Shown here in pieces: positions 1-10,914 of a stretch of 64,000 bases of DNA; the first letter of the stretch is position 1, and each line of letters starts with the position of its first letter. Made by a program: the position numbers and the translations under genes. The notes beneath the pieces were generated by a model. It had not been told where the DNA came from. It saw nothing but the letters and a program-made list of their open reading frames with translations, and ran no database searches. This DNA is from an uncultured Planctomycetota bacterium (lineage in GTDB: Bacteria > Planctomycetota > Planctomycetia > Isosphaerales > Isosphaeraceae): contig CAVTTN010000002.1 of NCBI GenBank assembly GCA_963737655.1, positions 3,776,001 through 3,840,000 on the forward strand, read 5' to 3'.

Positions 1-3000
1 TTGGCCGAGGCCGATTCGGTGATCGCCAGGTCCGCGGCCGGGATCACCTGGGCCGAGGCCGTCGTGGCGTTGTTGTCCTCGTTGCCGTCGGAGCCGATCG
101 AGGTGACGGTGGCCGAGGTGTTCACGACGCCCGGGCCGGTGGGGGTGACGACCAGGGTGATCGTCGAGAGCCCGCCGTTGGGGAGGTTGCCGACGAGGAC
201 CGTGACCGTCTGGCCGGAGACGGTCACCGTCCCGAGGGTGGCCTTGGCCGAGGTGATCGTCACCCCGGCCGGCAGGGTCTGGACGTACTCGACTCCCGTG
301 GCGGCGGACGGCCCCCGGTTGATCACGTTGCCGGTGATCGTCAGGGGCTGGCCGAGGAGGACCGTCGGCGGCAGGGCGGCGAGCGTGACCGTCACGTCCG
401 AGGACGGCTTCACCGTCGTCGAGGCGGTGGCCGTGAGCACGTCGCCCGGCGGGTGGGCCTGGACCGAATCCACGCTGGCCGTATCGACCAGGGTGCCGGT
501 GGCCGTGGTGTTCACCGTGACCGTCACCTGGGCCTGGCCGCCCTTGGGGATCGTGCCCAGGCCGGCGATGAACGTCCCGTTGTTGATCGCCTGGCTCGCC
601 CCGCTGGGCACCGTGGCCGAGACGAACGTGGAGCCGGCCGGGATCAGGTTGGTCAGGGTCACCCCGGTGGCGGTGCTGGGCCCGGTGTTGCCGACGAGGA
701 TCGTATAGGTGACGTTCTGGCCGATCAGGACCGTGTCCGGGATGCTCGTGACGAACACCGTCAGGCTCGCGGACGGGTTGACCTGGACCGAGCTCGACGT
801 GGCGTTGTTGTTGGTCGAGACCGGGTCGGGCGTGATCGCCGTCTCGAAGGCGCTATTGGAGAGCGAGCCCGCCGAGGTCGCCACGGCGGTGATCGTGACC
901 ATCGCCGTGTTCGATCCCAGGGTCGCCGGCAGGGTCCCGAGGTTGGCCGTGACGGTCTGGCCCGACACGGAGACCGTCCCCACGCTCGACGTGTACGACT
1001 GGATCACCAGCCCGGCCGGCAGCGTATCGAAGACCTGGACCCCGGCCGAGTTGCTGGGCCCGTAATTCGTCGCCGTGATCACGTAGGTGACCGTCCCGTT
1101 GACCAGGGCCGAATTCGACTGCGGGCGGATCGTCAGGCCCACGTCGGCCGAGGCGTCGATCTGCGTCTGCACCGGGTTGGAGGCGATCGGATAGGAGGCG
1201 AACGGGTCGAGGACGTCGGAGGTCACGGTCGCCGTGTTGGTCACGGTCGTGAAGGTCGTGTTGTCGGCGGTCGCCTGGGGCCGGACGGTGATGGTGGCCG
1301 TGGCGGTGCCGTTGCTGACGATGTTCCCCAGGCTGATCTTGACCACGCCGTTGGCCACGCCCAGCAGCGTCCCCTGGCTCTGCGAGACCGACTGATAGAG
1401 CAGGCCCGCCGGCAAGGCGTCGGAGACGATCACGTTCGTGGCCGTGTTCGGGCCGGTGTTGGTCACGGTGATCTGGTACTGGAGGTCGTTGCCGACGGAG
1501 ACCTCCGTCGGGTTCGACACCAGGGTGATCCCCAGGACGGCCGCCGCCCCGATCGTCGCGCCGAAGCTCGCCGTGTTGTTGCCGGGCTTCGGGTCGCCCT
1601 GGCCCAACGCGGTGTTGAGCGAGACGGTGGCCGAATCGGTCAGGACCCCGGCGGTCTGCGGGGTCACGGTGATGGTCAGGGTCGCCACGTTGCTCCCGGC
1701 CGTGGCCGAGAGCGACGGGAACGTGGCGTTGACCGTCGATCCGTTGATGGTGAACGTCCCGCCGGGGCTGGCCACGACGGTCACGTTCTTGACGTTCGCC
1801 GGCAGGGTATCGACGATCGTGACGCCCTGGGCGTCGTCCGGCCCCAGGTTGGTGGCGGTCACCACGAAGGTGAACGGCTGGCCGACGAAGCCCGAGGGCG
1901 AGGTCTGCGGGGAGACCGCGGCGACCAGGTCGGCCGTGGCGTTGATCGTCGTGGTGGCGGGCGTGGCCGTGTTATTGGCGGGGTTCGGGTCGGCCTCGGG
2001 GTCGGCCGAGGCCATGGCGTTGACCGTCAACGAACCCTGGGCCGTGGCCTCCAGGACCACGCTGATCACGGCCGATCCGCCGGGGGCCGTGAGCGCCCCG
2101 AGGTCCGCCGTGATCGTCAGGCCGTCGGGGCTCAGGGTGTAGGTGCCCTGGCTCACGGTGATCGAGTCGAGCTTCGCGCCGGAGGGCAGGCCCTCGACGA
2201 CCATCACGTCGGCCGCGTCGCTCGGCCCGGCGTTCTTGACCGTGAGGTTGTAGGTGATCGGCTGGCCGATCAGCGCCGTCGTCGGGTAGCTCGTCCCGGG
2301 CGTGCCGAAGGTGGCGGAGATGTCGGCCGAGGAGACGGCCACGGCGGTGAGGGTCACCGTGTTATTGGCCGAGTTGAAGTCCCCCTCATTGCTCGTGACC
2401 GAGGCGACGTCCACGAGAGTGCCCGGCGACCCGGGGCGGACGAGGATCGTCAGCGTGGCCGTGGCGTTGGGCGCGAGGCCGATCCCTCCGAAGCTCGCCG
2501 TGACGATCCCTCCGCTCTGCAGGACCGTCCCCTGGCTGACCGAGGCCGACAGATACGTCACCCCGGCGGGCAGGGTGTCGGTCACGGTCACGCCCGTGGC
2601 CGGGTTGGGGCCGTGGTTGGTCACGTAGATGGTGTAGGTGAGCGTCGATCCCACCTGGACCGGGTTCGGCGAGGCGTTGGAGAGGATGCCGGTCTGGCTC
2701 TGGGTGATGTCCAGGTCGGTCGAGGCGTTGCCCGAGACGATCGCCTGGGAGAACTCGGAGGTATTGCCGGAGGAGTCCGTGGCGGTGGCCGTGATGAACT
2801 CGCCGGCGTCCACGTGGACCGGCACCGACGCCGAGATCGCCACGCCGCCCGTGTTGTCGGCCGTGACGACCTTCTCGCCGAGGAACGTCTCCCCTTCGCC
2901 GAAGCCGGTCGGGTCGGCCGTCGGGCTGGCGAAGAACTGGATCGTGTAGGTCTGGTTGGCCACCCCGAGGAGCGTCCCCTGGATCGACGTGGAGTTCGGG

Positions 3001-6000
3001 CCGGACAGGGCCGAATCCAGGGTGGGGAAGTTCTGGAGGAGGTTGGGCCCCGAGGCGTGAGGCGGCGGCGAGTTGAACGTCACGCCGTCCTCGCCGAGGT
3101 CAATCCCCAGCCCGGTATTGGAATAGAACGAATTGTTGCGGATCGAGACCGACGAGCCCGTCTTCACGCCGACCCCGCCGGTCGTGCCGATGCCCGAGGC
3201 CCCGTTGAAGGCGATCGTGTTGCCGATCGCGCCCGAGCCCGAGCCGGCCGATCCCGTGCCGATCTGGATCCCGCTGCTGCCCTCGACCGAGATCCCCCAG
3301 AGGCCGTTGCCCAGGTTCGGCTGGAGGCCGCTGAGGTCCACGCCGATGAAATTGCCCTCGACCAGGGCATTGATCGTGGCCTGCTCGGTGAACCGGATGC
3401 CGTCGGCGGTGTTGCCGGCGATCACGTTGCCGGCGGCGCGGGTGGTGCCGCCGATCAGGAGGTTGGTCCCTCCCGAGACCAGGATGCCGGAACCTCCGTT
3501 GGGGGCGGTGGCCACGTCGGACTGGGCCACGCCGATGTAGTTGCCGAGGATCGCCGTGTTGTCGGCCCCGGTCATCAGGACGATGCCCGAGCCGACGTTG
3601 CCGGAGATCACGTTGTCGAGCGTGCCGACGGCCCCGCCGAGGGTGTTGCCGGCGTCCTTCACGTCCACGCCGTCGCCGCCGTTGGGGATGGCGTTGGTGC
3701 CGTTGCCGGCCAGGCCGATGAGGTTCGCCCCCGCCAGGTTGTTGGTCCCTCCCGAGGCGAACGTGACCCCGGCCCCGGTGTTCCCGGAGATCACGTTCCT
3801 CGCGCCGATCACCGAGCCGCCGATCGTGCTGCCCGAGGAGCTGACCGTGATCCCGTCGCTGCCGTTGGGCACCCGGGACGTGGCCATCGTGTCGGTGCCG
3901 ATGAAGTTGCCCTGGATCAGCGCGTTGGTCCCGCTGGCCGAGAGCACCACGCCCGCCAGCGAGTTGCCGGAGATCACGTTCCTGGCGGCGGTGGTCGTCC
4001 CGCCGAGCGTGACGTTCGGGATGCCGATCGAGACGCCCGGGCCGGCGTTGGGCATGGCCGAGTTGGCCGAGCCGTTCAGGCCGATGATGTTGCCGACGAT
4101 CAGGTCGCCGCCGCCCGCGCTCGGGGCGTTCACGAGGAGGATTCCGGCCCCGGCATTGCCCGAGATCACGTTCCCCCCGCCGATCGTGTTGCCTCCCGAG
4201 CTATCCAGGACGACACCGCCGGAGGAGTTCGCCAGGGCCGTCGAGGCGGTGGCGTCGGTGCCGATCTTGTTGAACGCGATGAGGTTCGACGCCGATCCCG
4301 AGATCGACACGCCGAACCCGCCGTTGCCCGAGATCAGGTTGCCGAACCCCGCCGACGGCCCGCCCACCGAGTTGCCCGACGACGAGATCGCCACGCCCAC
4401 GGCCAGGGACCCCGAGCCGTTGCCCAGGGCGATCGAGCCGGTGCGGTCGGTCCCGATGTAATTGCCGGCGATCACCGTCCCCGAGCTGAAGGCGCCGTTG
4501 ATCACCGTGACGCCGCCCAGCGCGTTGCCCGAGATGATGTTCCGGGCCCCGGCCGTCGAGCCGCCCACGGTCGTGGCGAGACCGGCGGTGATCGCCACCC
4601 CGGAGGAGAGGTTCGGCAGGGCCGTGACGCCGTTGGCGTCGGTGCCGATCAGGTTGCCGGCGATCAGGTTCCCGGTGATTCCCGCCTCGCCCACGTCCAC
4701 GCCGATCTGGTTGCCGGAGAGCACGTTGCCCGTGCCGGTCGTCACCCCACCGATGGTGTTCCCGGAGGACAGGACATGCACGCCCACCCCCGTGTTGGGC
4801 AGGGCCTTGGTCCCGCTCAGGTCGATGCCGACATAATTGCCCGCGATCACGTTGCCCGTGCCGGCTCCGCTGACGTTCGACAGCAGGATGCCGTCGCTGC
4901 CGTTGCCCGAGACCACGTTCCGCGCCGACGACCGAGCCGCCGATCGTGTCGTTCGTCCCGCCGTCGATCGAGATGCCGTAGGTGCCGTTGGGGATCGCCA
5001 CCAGGCCCGTCGGGCTCGTGCCGATCAGGTTGGCGGCGAGCAGGTTCTTGCTCGCCCCGGCGCCCTGAACCAGGACGCCGACCCCGGAATTGCCGGCGAT
5101 CACGTTGCCCGAGGACCCCGAGGTCCCGCCCATCGTCACCCCGCCGGTGTTCTGGATCGAGATCCCGGTAGTGTTCGGGATCGCCGCCGAGCCCGCCGGG
5201 TTCAGGCCGACGTAGTTGCCCAGGATCGCGCTGCCGGTGGACGGGGCCGTGTTGGCGTCGACGAGGACGCCCGTGGTGTTCCCCGAGATCAGGTTCCGCG
5301 TGCCGAAGGCCGTCCCCCCGACGGTGTTGCCCGGGGCGCTGAGCTCGATGCCCACCATGTTGCCCAGGGGATTCACGCCGTCGGCGTCGATCCCGACGTA
5401 ATTGCCGACCACGACGTTGCCCGAGGTCGCCGCGCCGTAGATCCCGATCGCCACGGAGTTGCTGCCGAAGACGTCTCGCGACAGCGCCGTGGTGCCGCCG
5501 ATGGTCGTCCCGATGGTCCCGCCGACGAGCACCACGCCCGAGGTGTTGCGGAGCGAGCCCAGGCCCGTGGAGGTGATCCCCACCAGGTTGCCCGAGACCA
5601 GATCGGCCGAGCCTCCGTTGACCTCCACGCCCGTGATGTTGCCCGAGATCACGTTGCGGGTCGCCGCCGTGGCGCCTCCGACCGTCGTCCCGGCCCCGAC
5701 GACCAGCGCGCCGACCGAGTTGCCGCCGCCCACCTGGACCAACCCGGCCGCGTCCGTGCCGAGGAACACGCCGCTGAACTGGTCGCCGCCCGCGCCGGCC
5801 GTCTCCGCGATCCCGGCGCCCGAGGAGAACCCGTTGATCGCCAGCCCCTGGATCGTCACGGCCGTCGTGCCGATCGTGAATCCGTCGGCGCTCGGGATGT
5901 TGCCCCCGTTCAACAGCAGGCTGATCTTCGCGTTCGAGCCGTCGGACAGCGTGTTCTGCGACGAGCCGGGCTCGCTGTAGCCGTCGATGATGACCGACTG

Positions 6001-6261
6001 CGTGATCGTCGGCAGCGCCGTGGCGGGCGCGATCGTGTGGATGCCGCCCCCGGTGATGTTGAACCCGATCGAGTTCGCCCCGGTGCTGCCGTTGACGCCC
6101 AGGATCGCCGCGCGGAGCGAGCCGGCGCCCGAGTCGTTGGTGTTGGTCACCGAGAAATTCGCCAGCAACTGGCGTTCTTCCAGGGCTTCAAGCCTCGGCC
6201 GACGGCTCCGGGCCTGGGCGGTCCGGGCGCGGAGGGCGGACCCGGTCGGTCGATTCCTCAT
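1..6261 (-). CDS. Giant secreted adhesin-like protein: planctomycete leader, parallel beta-helix repeats, at least 7 DUF11 (Ig-like) repeats; 3' end outside window; frameshift near 4925
   Basis: ATG at 6261 after GGGAGAG; leader RRPRLEALEERQLLA; repeated 'GNxxGxxxxG...TIGGT...RNVISGN' units. Reading resumes in another frame after GGSVVG (ARNVVSGN...) and stays open to position 1, with 'TYTxxVTNxGPxxAxxVxVxDxLPAG' units near 2630, 2260, 1870, 1490, 1100, 720 and 350. Confidence 0.85.
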
Positions 6262-6642
6262 CGGTGGCTCTCCCGTGGAGCGATCTATTATGGTGGGGGG
6301 GCGCCCGGGCACCCGAAAGATCGTTGGAATCCATGCAAGGCTAAGTGACTACAACGTCCTGTATGGAAGACTTTACCAGTTCAGACGCCCCAGTCAAAAG
6401 AATCATGCCGCGAATTCCGGTCGTCCGCATGATCCGGGCGGACGTTGACGAATCGCGCGGTCGCGACGATCGCGACGGTCCAAGGACTTGCGCCGTTTCT
6501 CCCCATCCTCACGCCCACCCCCCTCGGAGGAAAACACGCGGGCGCTTTGCTCCGACTGTCTTGGGGATATCTTCACGAGAAAAGAGCGCAACCGAACCGA
6601 TGCGATCCCTTCGCGCCCGGCAGGGCGCCGGCGCGGGGACGT

Positions 6643-6682
6643 AAAACGACGACGCGGAGGCCGGTCGTCGGCCTCCGCGTCG
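6643..6682 (-). terminator. Intrinsic terminator after the DUF1552 gene
   Basis: 14-bp stem CGACGCGGAGGCCG (6650-6663) / CGGCCTCCGCGTCG (6669-6682), followed on the minus strand by TCGTTTT. Confidence 0.7.
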
Positions 6683-6717
6683 GCGATGGATTCGCGATCA
6701 AGCCCGATGGGCGGTCG

Positions 6718-8058
6718 TCAGCCCTCCAGCCCGGTCAGCCTTCCGGTGCTGTCGCCGAGCTTCTCCGCGGGCACTCCCATCCGGTCGAGCATCGACAGGA
6801 ACAGGTTATTCAGCGGGGTCTTCGAAGAGTACTTCACGTGGCGGCCGGTCGCGATCGTCCCGCCCGCCTTGCCGACGAGCAGGACGGGCAGGTCGTCGTG
6901 GTTGTGCCGGTTGCCGTCGCTCAGGCCGCTGCCGTAGACGATCATCGAGTGGTCCAGGAGGCTCCGGCCGTCGCTCTCCTTCGCCTCCTTCAGCTTGCCG
7001 ACGAAGTAGGCGAACTGTTCGAGGTGGAACTTGTTGATCGTCTTGATCTTCTCATGCTTCTTCGGGTCGTTGCCGTGGTGCGAGAGGTCGTGGTGCCCCT
7101 CGGGGACGCCGAGGAAGGGGTACGGCTTGGTCGATCCCTCGTTCGCATACATGAACGTGCCGATCCGCGTGAGGTCGGCCTGGAAGGCCAGGGCCATCAT
7201 GTCCCCCATCAACCGGATGTGCTCCCGGTAGTCGTGGGGGATGCCGGCGGGGGCCTTGTAGTCGGGCGCCACGTCCGCCTTCGCCTCGACCCGCACCAGC
7301 CTCCGCTCGATCTCGCGGACCGACGTGAGGTACTCGTCCAGCTTCTTCCGGTCGTTCGAGCCGAGGCGGGAGCCCAGCTGCTGGGCGTCGGAGGCGACGA
7401 AGTCGAGGACGCTCTTGCGGTAGCGGTCGCGACGGGCTTTGGCCTCGTCGTACCCCTGGCCTCCGGCGAACAGCCGTTCGAAGACCAGGCGAGGGTTGAC
7501 CTCCTTGGCCATCGGCTGGGACTCGGTCCGCCACGAGATGTTCGACGAATAGGCGCAGCTGTAGCCCGAGTCGCAATTGCCGGCCTGGGCGCCCCTCTCC
7601 GTGCCGAGTTCGAGCGAGGGGAACCGCGTGGACTGGCCGACCTTCTGCGCGGCCACCTGATCGACCGAGGCGCCAACCTTGATGTCGGCCCCGTCGGTCT
7701 TCTTGGGATGGGCGCCGGTGAGGAACGTGGCCAGGGCCCGGGCGTGGTCGCCGGGTCCGTCGCCCAGGGCCTCGCCGGTGTGCTGGGCCAGCCCGCTCAT
7801 CACCAGGGTGTCGGACTTGAACGCCTCCAGGCACTTGAGGATCTCGGGGAGCTCGAAGCTCGACCCCTCCTCCTTCGGCTTCCAGTCCGGCATGTGGACG
7901 CCGTTGGGCACGTAGAAGAACGCCATCCGCAAGGGAGGTGTCTTCGCGGCGTCGGCCGCTCGCGCCAGGACCGGCGACATCGCCTCCAGCCACGGCAGGG
8001 CGACCGCCGTGCCGAGCCCTCGAAGGACGGTCCGCCGAGACATCGGGCCCCTGCTCAT
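6718..8058 (-). CDS. DUF1552 family protein with twin-arginine-like N-terminus
   Basis: MSRRTVLRGLGTAVALPWLEAM, FFYVPNG, SLELG, CDSGYSCAYSSNISW, HHDLSHH and GNRHNHDDLP motifs; ATGA overlap with the upstream gene. Confidence 0.9.
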   Translation of the reverse strand: MSRGPMSRRTVLRGLGTAVALPWLEAMSPVLARAADAAKTPPLRMAFFYVPNGVHMPDWKPKEEGSSFELPEILKCLEAFKSDTLVMSGLAQHTGEALGDGPGDHARALATFLTGAHPKKTDGADIKVGASVDQVAAQKVGQSTRFPSLELGTERGAQAGNCDSGYSCAYSSNISWRTESQPMAKEVNPRLVFERLFAGGQGYDEAKARRDRYRKSVLDFVASDAQQLGSRLGSNDRKKLDEYLTSVREIERRLVRVEAKADVAPDYKAPAGIPHDYREHIRLMGDMMALAFQADLTRIGTFMYANEGSTKPYPFLGVPEGHHDLSHHGNDPKKHEKIKTINKFHLEQFAYFVGKLKEAKESDGRSLLDHSMIVYGSGLSDGNRHNHDDLPVLLVGKAGGTIATGRHVKYSSKTPLNNLFLSMLDRMGVPAEKLGDSTGRLTGLEG

Positions 8059-10379
8059 TTCGCGTCTCCCCTGGCCTTGCGCTTGAGGAACGGGTCGCTC
8101 CGGACGATCTCCAGGACCAGACGGGAGAACCGATGGCCGTCGGCGGCCGTCGCCTGGGCGATCCGGTCCACGTAGCAGGAATCGGCGTCTTCCAGCCCCC
8201 GGCCCAGGGCATACGTCAGCATCTTTTCCGACAGGCACCGCGTGAATTCCTTCGACTTCCCCCGGAGGATCTCCCGCAGACCCTTCGGGCCCGAGAACGA
8301 CTGGCCGCCGGGCAGGACGCCCGACGAGTCGATCGGCTGGCCGCCGTCCTGCTCTCGCCAGGCGCCCACGGCGTCGAAGTTCTCGAGCCCGAACCCCAGG
8401 GGGTCCATCTTCGCGTGGCAGGTCGCGCAGCTGGGGTTCGCCCGGTGCTGCTCCATCTTCTGGCGGATCGTCCCGGACAGCGGCTTGTCGTTCTCGTCCT
8501 TCGTCCTGAGCTCGGGGATCTCCGGCGGGGGCGGAGGCGGGGGCGAGCCGAGCAGTTGCTCCAGGACCCACTTGCCCCGCTTCACCGGAGAGGTCCTCGT
8601 CGCGTTCGACGTGACGGTCAGGACGCTCGCCTGGCCGACCAGTCCCCCGCGCCGGCCGTCCTTCAGCGCGACCCGGCGGAACTCGTCGCCGTTCACGCCG
8701 TCGATCCCGTAATGCCGGGCGAGGCGTTCATTGAGGAAGGTGAAGTCCGAGTCGAGGAAGTCGAGGATGCTGCGATCTTCCTTGACGATCGACTCGAAAT
8801 AGTGCTCGGTTTCGAGCCTCATCGCCTTCCGCAAGGGCTCATCGAACCCGGGGAACTGGCCGGCGTCGGGGGCGATGTTGGCGAGGTTCCGCAGCTGGAG
8901 CCACTGGCCGGCGAAGTTCTCGGTGAGGGCGTGCGCCTTCGGGTCCCGGAGCATGCGGATCACCTGGGCGTCGAGCGTCCCGGGCGAATGCAGCTCTCCT
9001 TTCCGAGCGAGGTCCAGCAGCTCGTCGTCCGGCATGCTGCTCCAGAGAAAGTACGACAGGCGGGACGCCAGCTCCTCGTCATTCACCAGGTGCGAGGCCC
9101 CCGGCGCGTCGCGGTCGAGCTCGACCCGGAACAGGAAGTGGGGCGAGACGAGCACGGCCTCCACCGCCAGCCTCAGCCCGACCTCGAACCGCTCGCCGTC
9201 GAGCTGGGCCATCTCGAAGAACCGCATCAGCCGCTCGATCTCCTCGGGCGAGACGGTCCGGCGATAGGCCCGGCCGGCGAACTTCGTCATGATCTGGCGG
9301 ATCGTGTCCTTGTCGCCCAGACCTCGGGGCCTGCGGAAGACGATCTTCAGGTGGGATTCGGGCAGGCGGCCCTTGTCCGGCTGGATCGGCCCGACGATCT
9401 CCCAGAAATTCTTGCGGACGACGAGGTTGCGGTCCTTCTTCTTCTCGTCCTTCTCGTGCTCGTCGTAGAAGTCATTCAGGAACCGGACTTCCAGCCGATG
9501 CGTGCCCTTGGACGCGTGGAATTTCGCTTCCGAGTTGGTGAAGTCCTCGGCGCGGGCCTTGACCTCGGCCTCGCCGATCGGCATCCCATCGAAGAGGAAG
9601 CCCATCTTGACCGGCTCGGGCCCGGCCTGCTCGCCATACGCCTGGACGCGAATCCGATAGTCGCCCTCGGCCGCGAACTCGTAGGAGAGGCCGGTCGTCT
9701 GGCCGGTCGTGGTCAGGAGCCGGCCGTTGCGACCCGAAGGGGTGCCATCGCCGGCGTCCTTGCCGAGGAAAAGGTTCTTCACGCGAGGCCGGGGCGGGTT
9801 ATCATCGACGATCGCCCGCGCCGCGATCTTCTCGGCCGCGTCGAGGTAGCGTTCCATCAACAGGGGCGGCAAGGTCAGCACGTCGCCGATATTGTCGAAT
9901 CCATAGCCGACGTCGTCCGAGGGGAAGTCGTCGGTGGGCTCGAAATCGATCCCCATGAGGTCGCGGATCGTGTTGCGATACTCGTTGCGATTCAGGCGGC
10001 GGAGGGTGACCCGGCCGGGGTCGTCCAGCAGGCGGCAATCGGCCTTCGAGAGGGCCGAGTCCACCCACGCCACGGCCTTGCGGACCTCGGCCTCGGCCGG
10101 CTGGGGCTGGTCCTCGGGCGGCATGGTGCCGGAATCCAGGGCCTCGCGGACCCGTTCCCAGGTCTTTCGCGACTTCAGGGCCGAGGACGCATCGGCGAAC
10201 GAGGCCAGGTCGATCTTGGCCTTCGGTTTCTCGGGCCCGTGGCACTTCACGCAGAACCGGCCGACCAGGGGCGCCACGTCGGTGCGGAACGCCGACGATT
10301 CGGGCGTCTCGTCGCCCCGGGAGGGGCCGGAGACGCCGATCGCGAGGGTCGCGACGGCCAGAATCCGTCCAATGCGCAT
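8055..10379 (-). CDS. DUF1592-type multidomain c-type cytochrome (DUF1587/1595/1592/1588/1585) with an inserted CBM60-like module
   Basis: Signal peptide MRIGRILAVATLAIG; CVKCH and CATCH heme motifs; LRRLNRNEYRNTIRDL, LASRLSYFLWSSMPDDEL, TSPVKRGKWVL, LTYALGR. Confidence 0.9.
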   Translation of the reverse strand: MRIGRILAVATLAIGVSGPSRGDETPESSAFRTDVAPLVGRFCVKCHGPEKPKAKIDLASFADASSALKSRKTWERVREALDSGTMPPEDQPQPAEAEVRKAVAWVDSALSKADCRLLDDPGRVTLRRLNRNEYRNTIRDLMGIDFEPTDDFPSDDVGYGFDNIGDVLTLPPLLMERYLDAAEKIAARAIVDDNPPRPRVKNLFLGKDAGDGTPSGRNGRLLTTTGQTTGLSYEFAAEGDYRIRVQAYGEQAGPEPVKMGFLFDGMPIGEAEVKARAEDFTNSEAKFHASKGTHRLEVRFLNDFYDEHEKDEKKKDRNLVVRKNFWEIVGPIQPDKGRLPESHLKIVFRRPRGLGDKDTIRQIMTKFAGRAYRRTVSPEEIERLMRFFEMAQLDGERFEVGLRLAVEAVLVSPHFLFRVELDRDAPGASHLVNDEELASRLSYFLWSSMPDDELLDLARKGELHSPGTLDAQVIRMLRDPKAHALTENFAGQWLQLRNLANIAPDAGQFPGFDEPLRKAMRLETEHYFESIVKEDRSILDFLDSDFTFLNERLARHYGIDGVNGDEFRRVALKDGRRGGLVGQASVLTVTSNATRTSPVKRGKWVLEQLLGSPPPPPPPEIPELRTKDENDKPLSGTIRQKMEQHRANPSCATCHAKMDPLGFGLENFDAVGAWREQDGGQPIDSSGVLPGGQSFSGPKGLREILRGKSKEFTRCLSEKMLTYALGRGLEDADSCYVDRIAQATAADGHRFSRLVLEIVRSDPFLKRKARGDAK

Positions 10380-10538
10380 GATAAGGCGGGACCCCATGAG
10401 GGGGATGGAGGCGGGTTGAGCCTCCATTATGATCGGCTCGGCGAGGAATTCAACCGAGAAGCGCGTCAACCCGACCGCGAAATCCGTCGATTTTTTCCCA
10501 GACGGCCCCATGGTTGCATCGAACCACCGAGCCAACGC

Positions 10539-10715
10539 ATGACCAACCCACCGGACACCACCCCAAAGCCCCCGAACGAGCCGCAAACCTCGTCCAGGCC
10601 ACCCCGCCCGGCCTGCCCGGCCTGCGGAGGCCCGTTGGTCGAGATCCGAATGAAGCTCCAGTGCGCCCGATGCCGGACCATCTGCGAGACCTGCTGCGAA
10701 GGCGGACGCGGGTAA
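10539..10715 (+). CDS. 58-aa Cys-rich zinc-ribbon microprotein (CPxCG type)
   Basis: ATG 10539 to TAA 10715: MTNPPDTTPKPPNEPQTSSRPPRPACPACGGPLVEIRMKLQCARCRTICETCCEGGRG; lies in an otherwise empty gap. Confidence 0.7.
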   Translation: MTNPPDTTPKPPNEPQTSSRPPRPACPACGGPLVEIRMKLQCARCRTICETCCEGGRG

Positions 10716-10730
10716 CACGGAGGAAATCCC

Positions 10731-10856
10731 GTAGGGTGCATGAAATGCACCATCGTGTCGGGTGCATGAAATGCACCAACCTGCAGGGTGCATGAAATGC
10801 ACCAACGCCCTTCGGCAAGCGTGTGGATCGAAGATGGTGCATTTCATGCACCCTAC
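10731..10856. repeat. GTAG-type REP cluster, family A: three direct copies and one inverted copy
   Basis: GTAGGGTGCATGAAATGCACC at 10731-10751, near copies at 10760-10777 and 10783-10803, inverted copy at 10836-10856; internal palindrome GGTGCA..TGCACC. Confidence 0.85.
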
Positions 10857-10914
10857 AACCGGGTGCTTACGTCTTCGTAAGCAGGCCACCCGAATTTCGA
10901 GCTTTGACAGACGA

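Noticed and set aside
453..5171. 1572-aa plus-strand ORF and similar long ORFs (21374-24853, 26424-28886, 34603-36996, 38623-42132, 51935-53959 and others)
   Set aside because: Antisense or off-frame shadows of real genes in high-GC DNA; Arg/Gly-rich translations with no motifs.
10731..10856. Possible mini-CRISPR array
   Set aside because: Gaps between direct copies are only 5-8 nt, the last copy is inverted and there are no cas genes; GTAG plus palindrome fits a REP.
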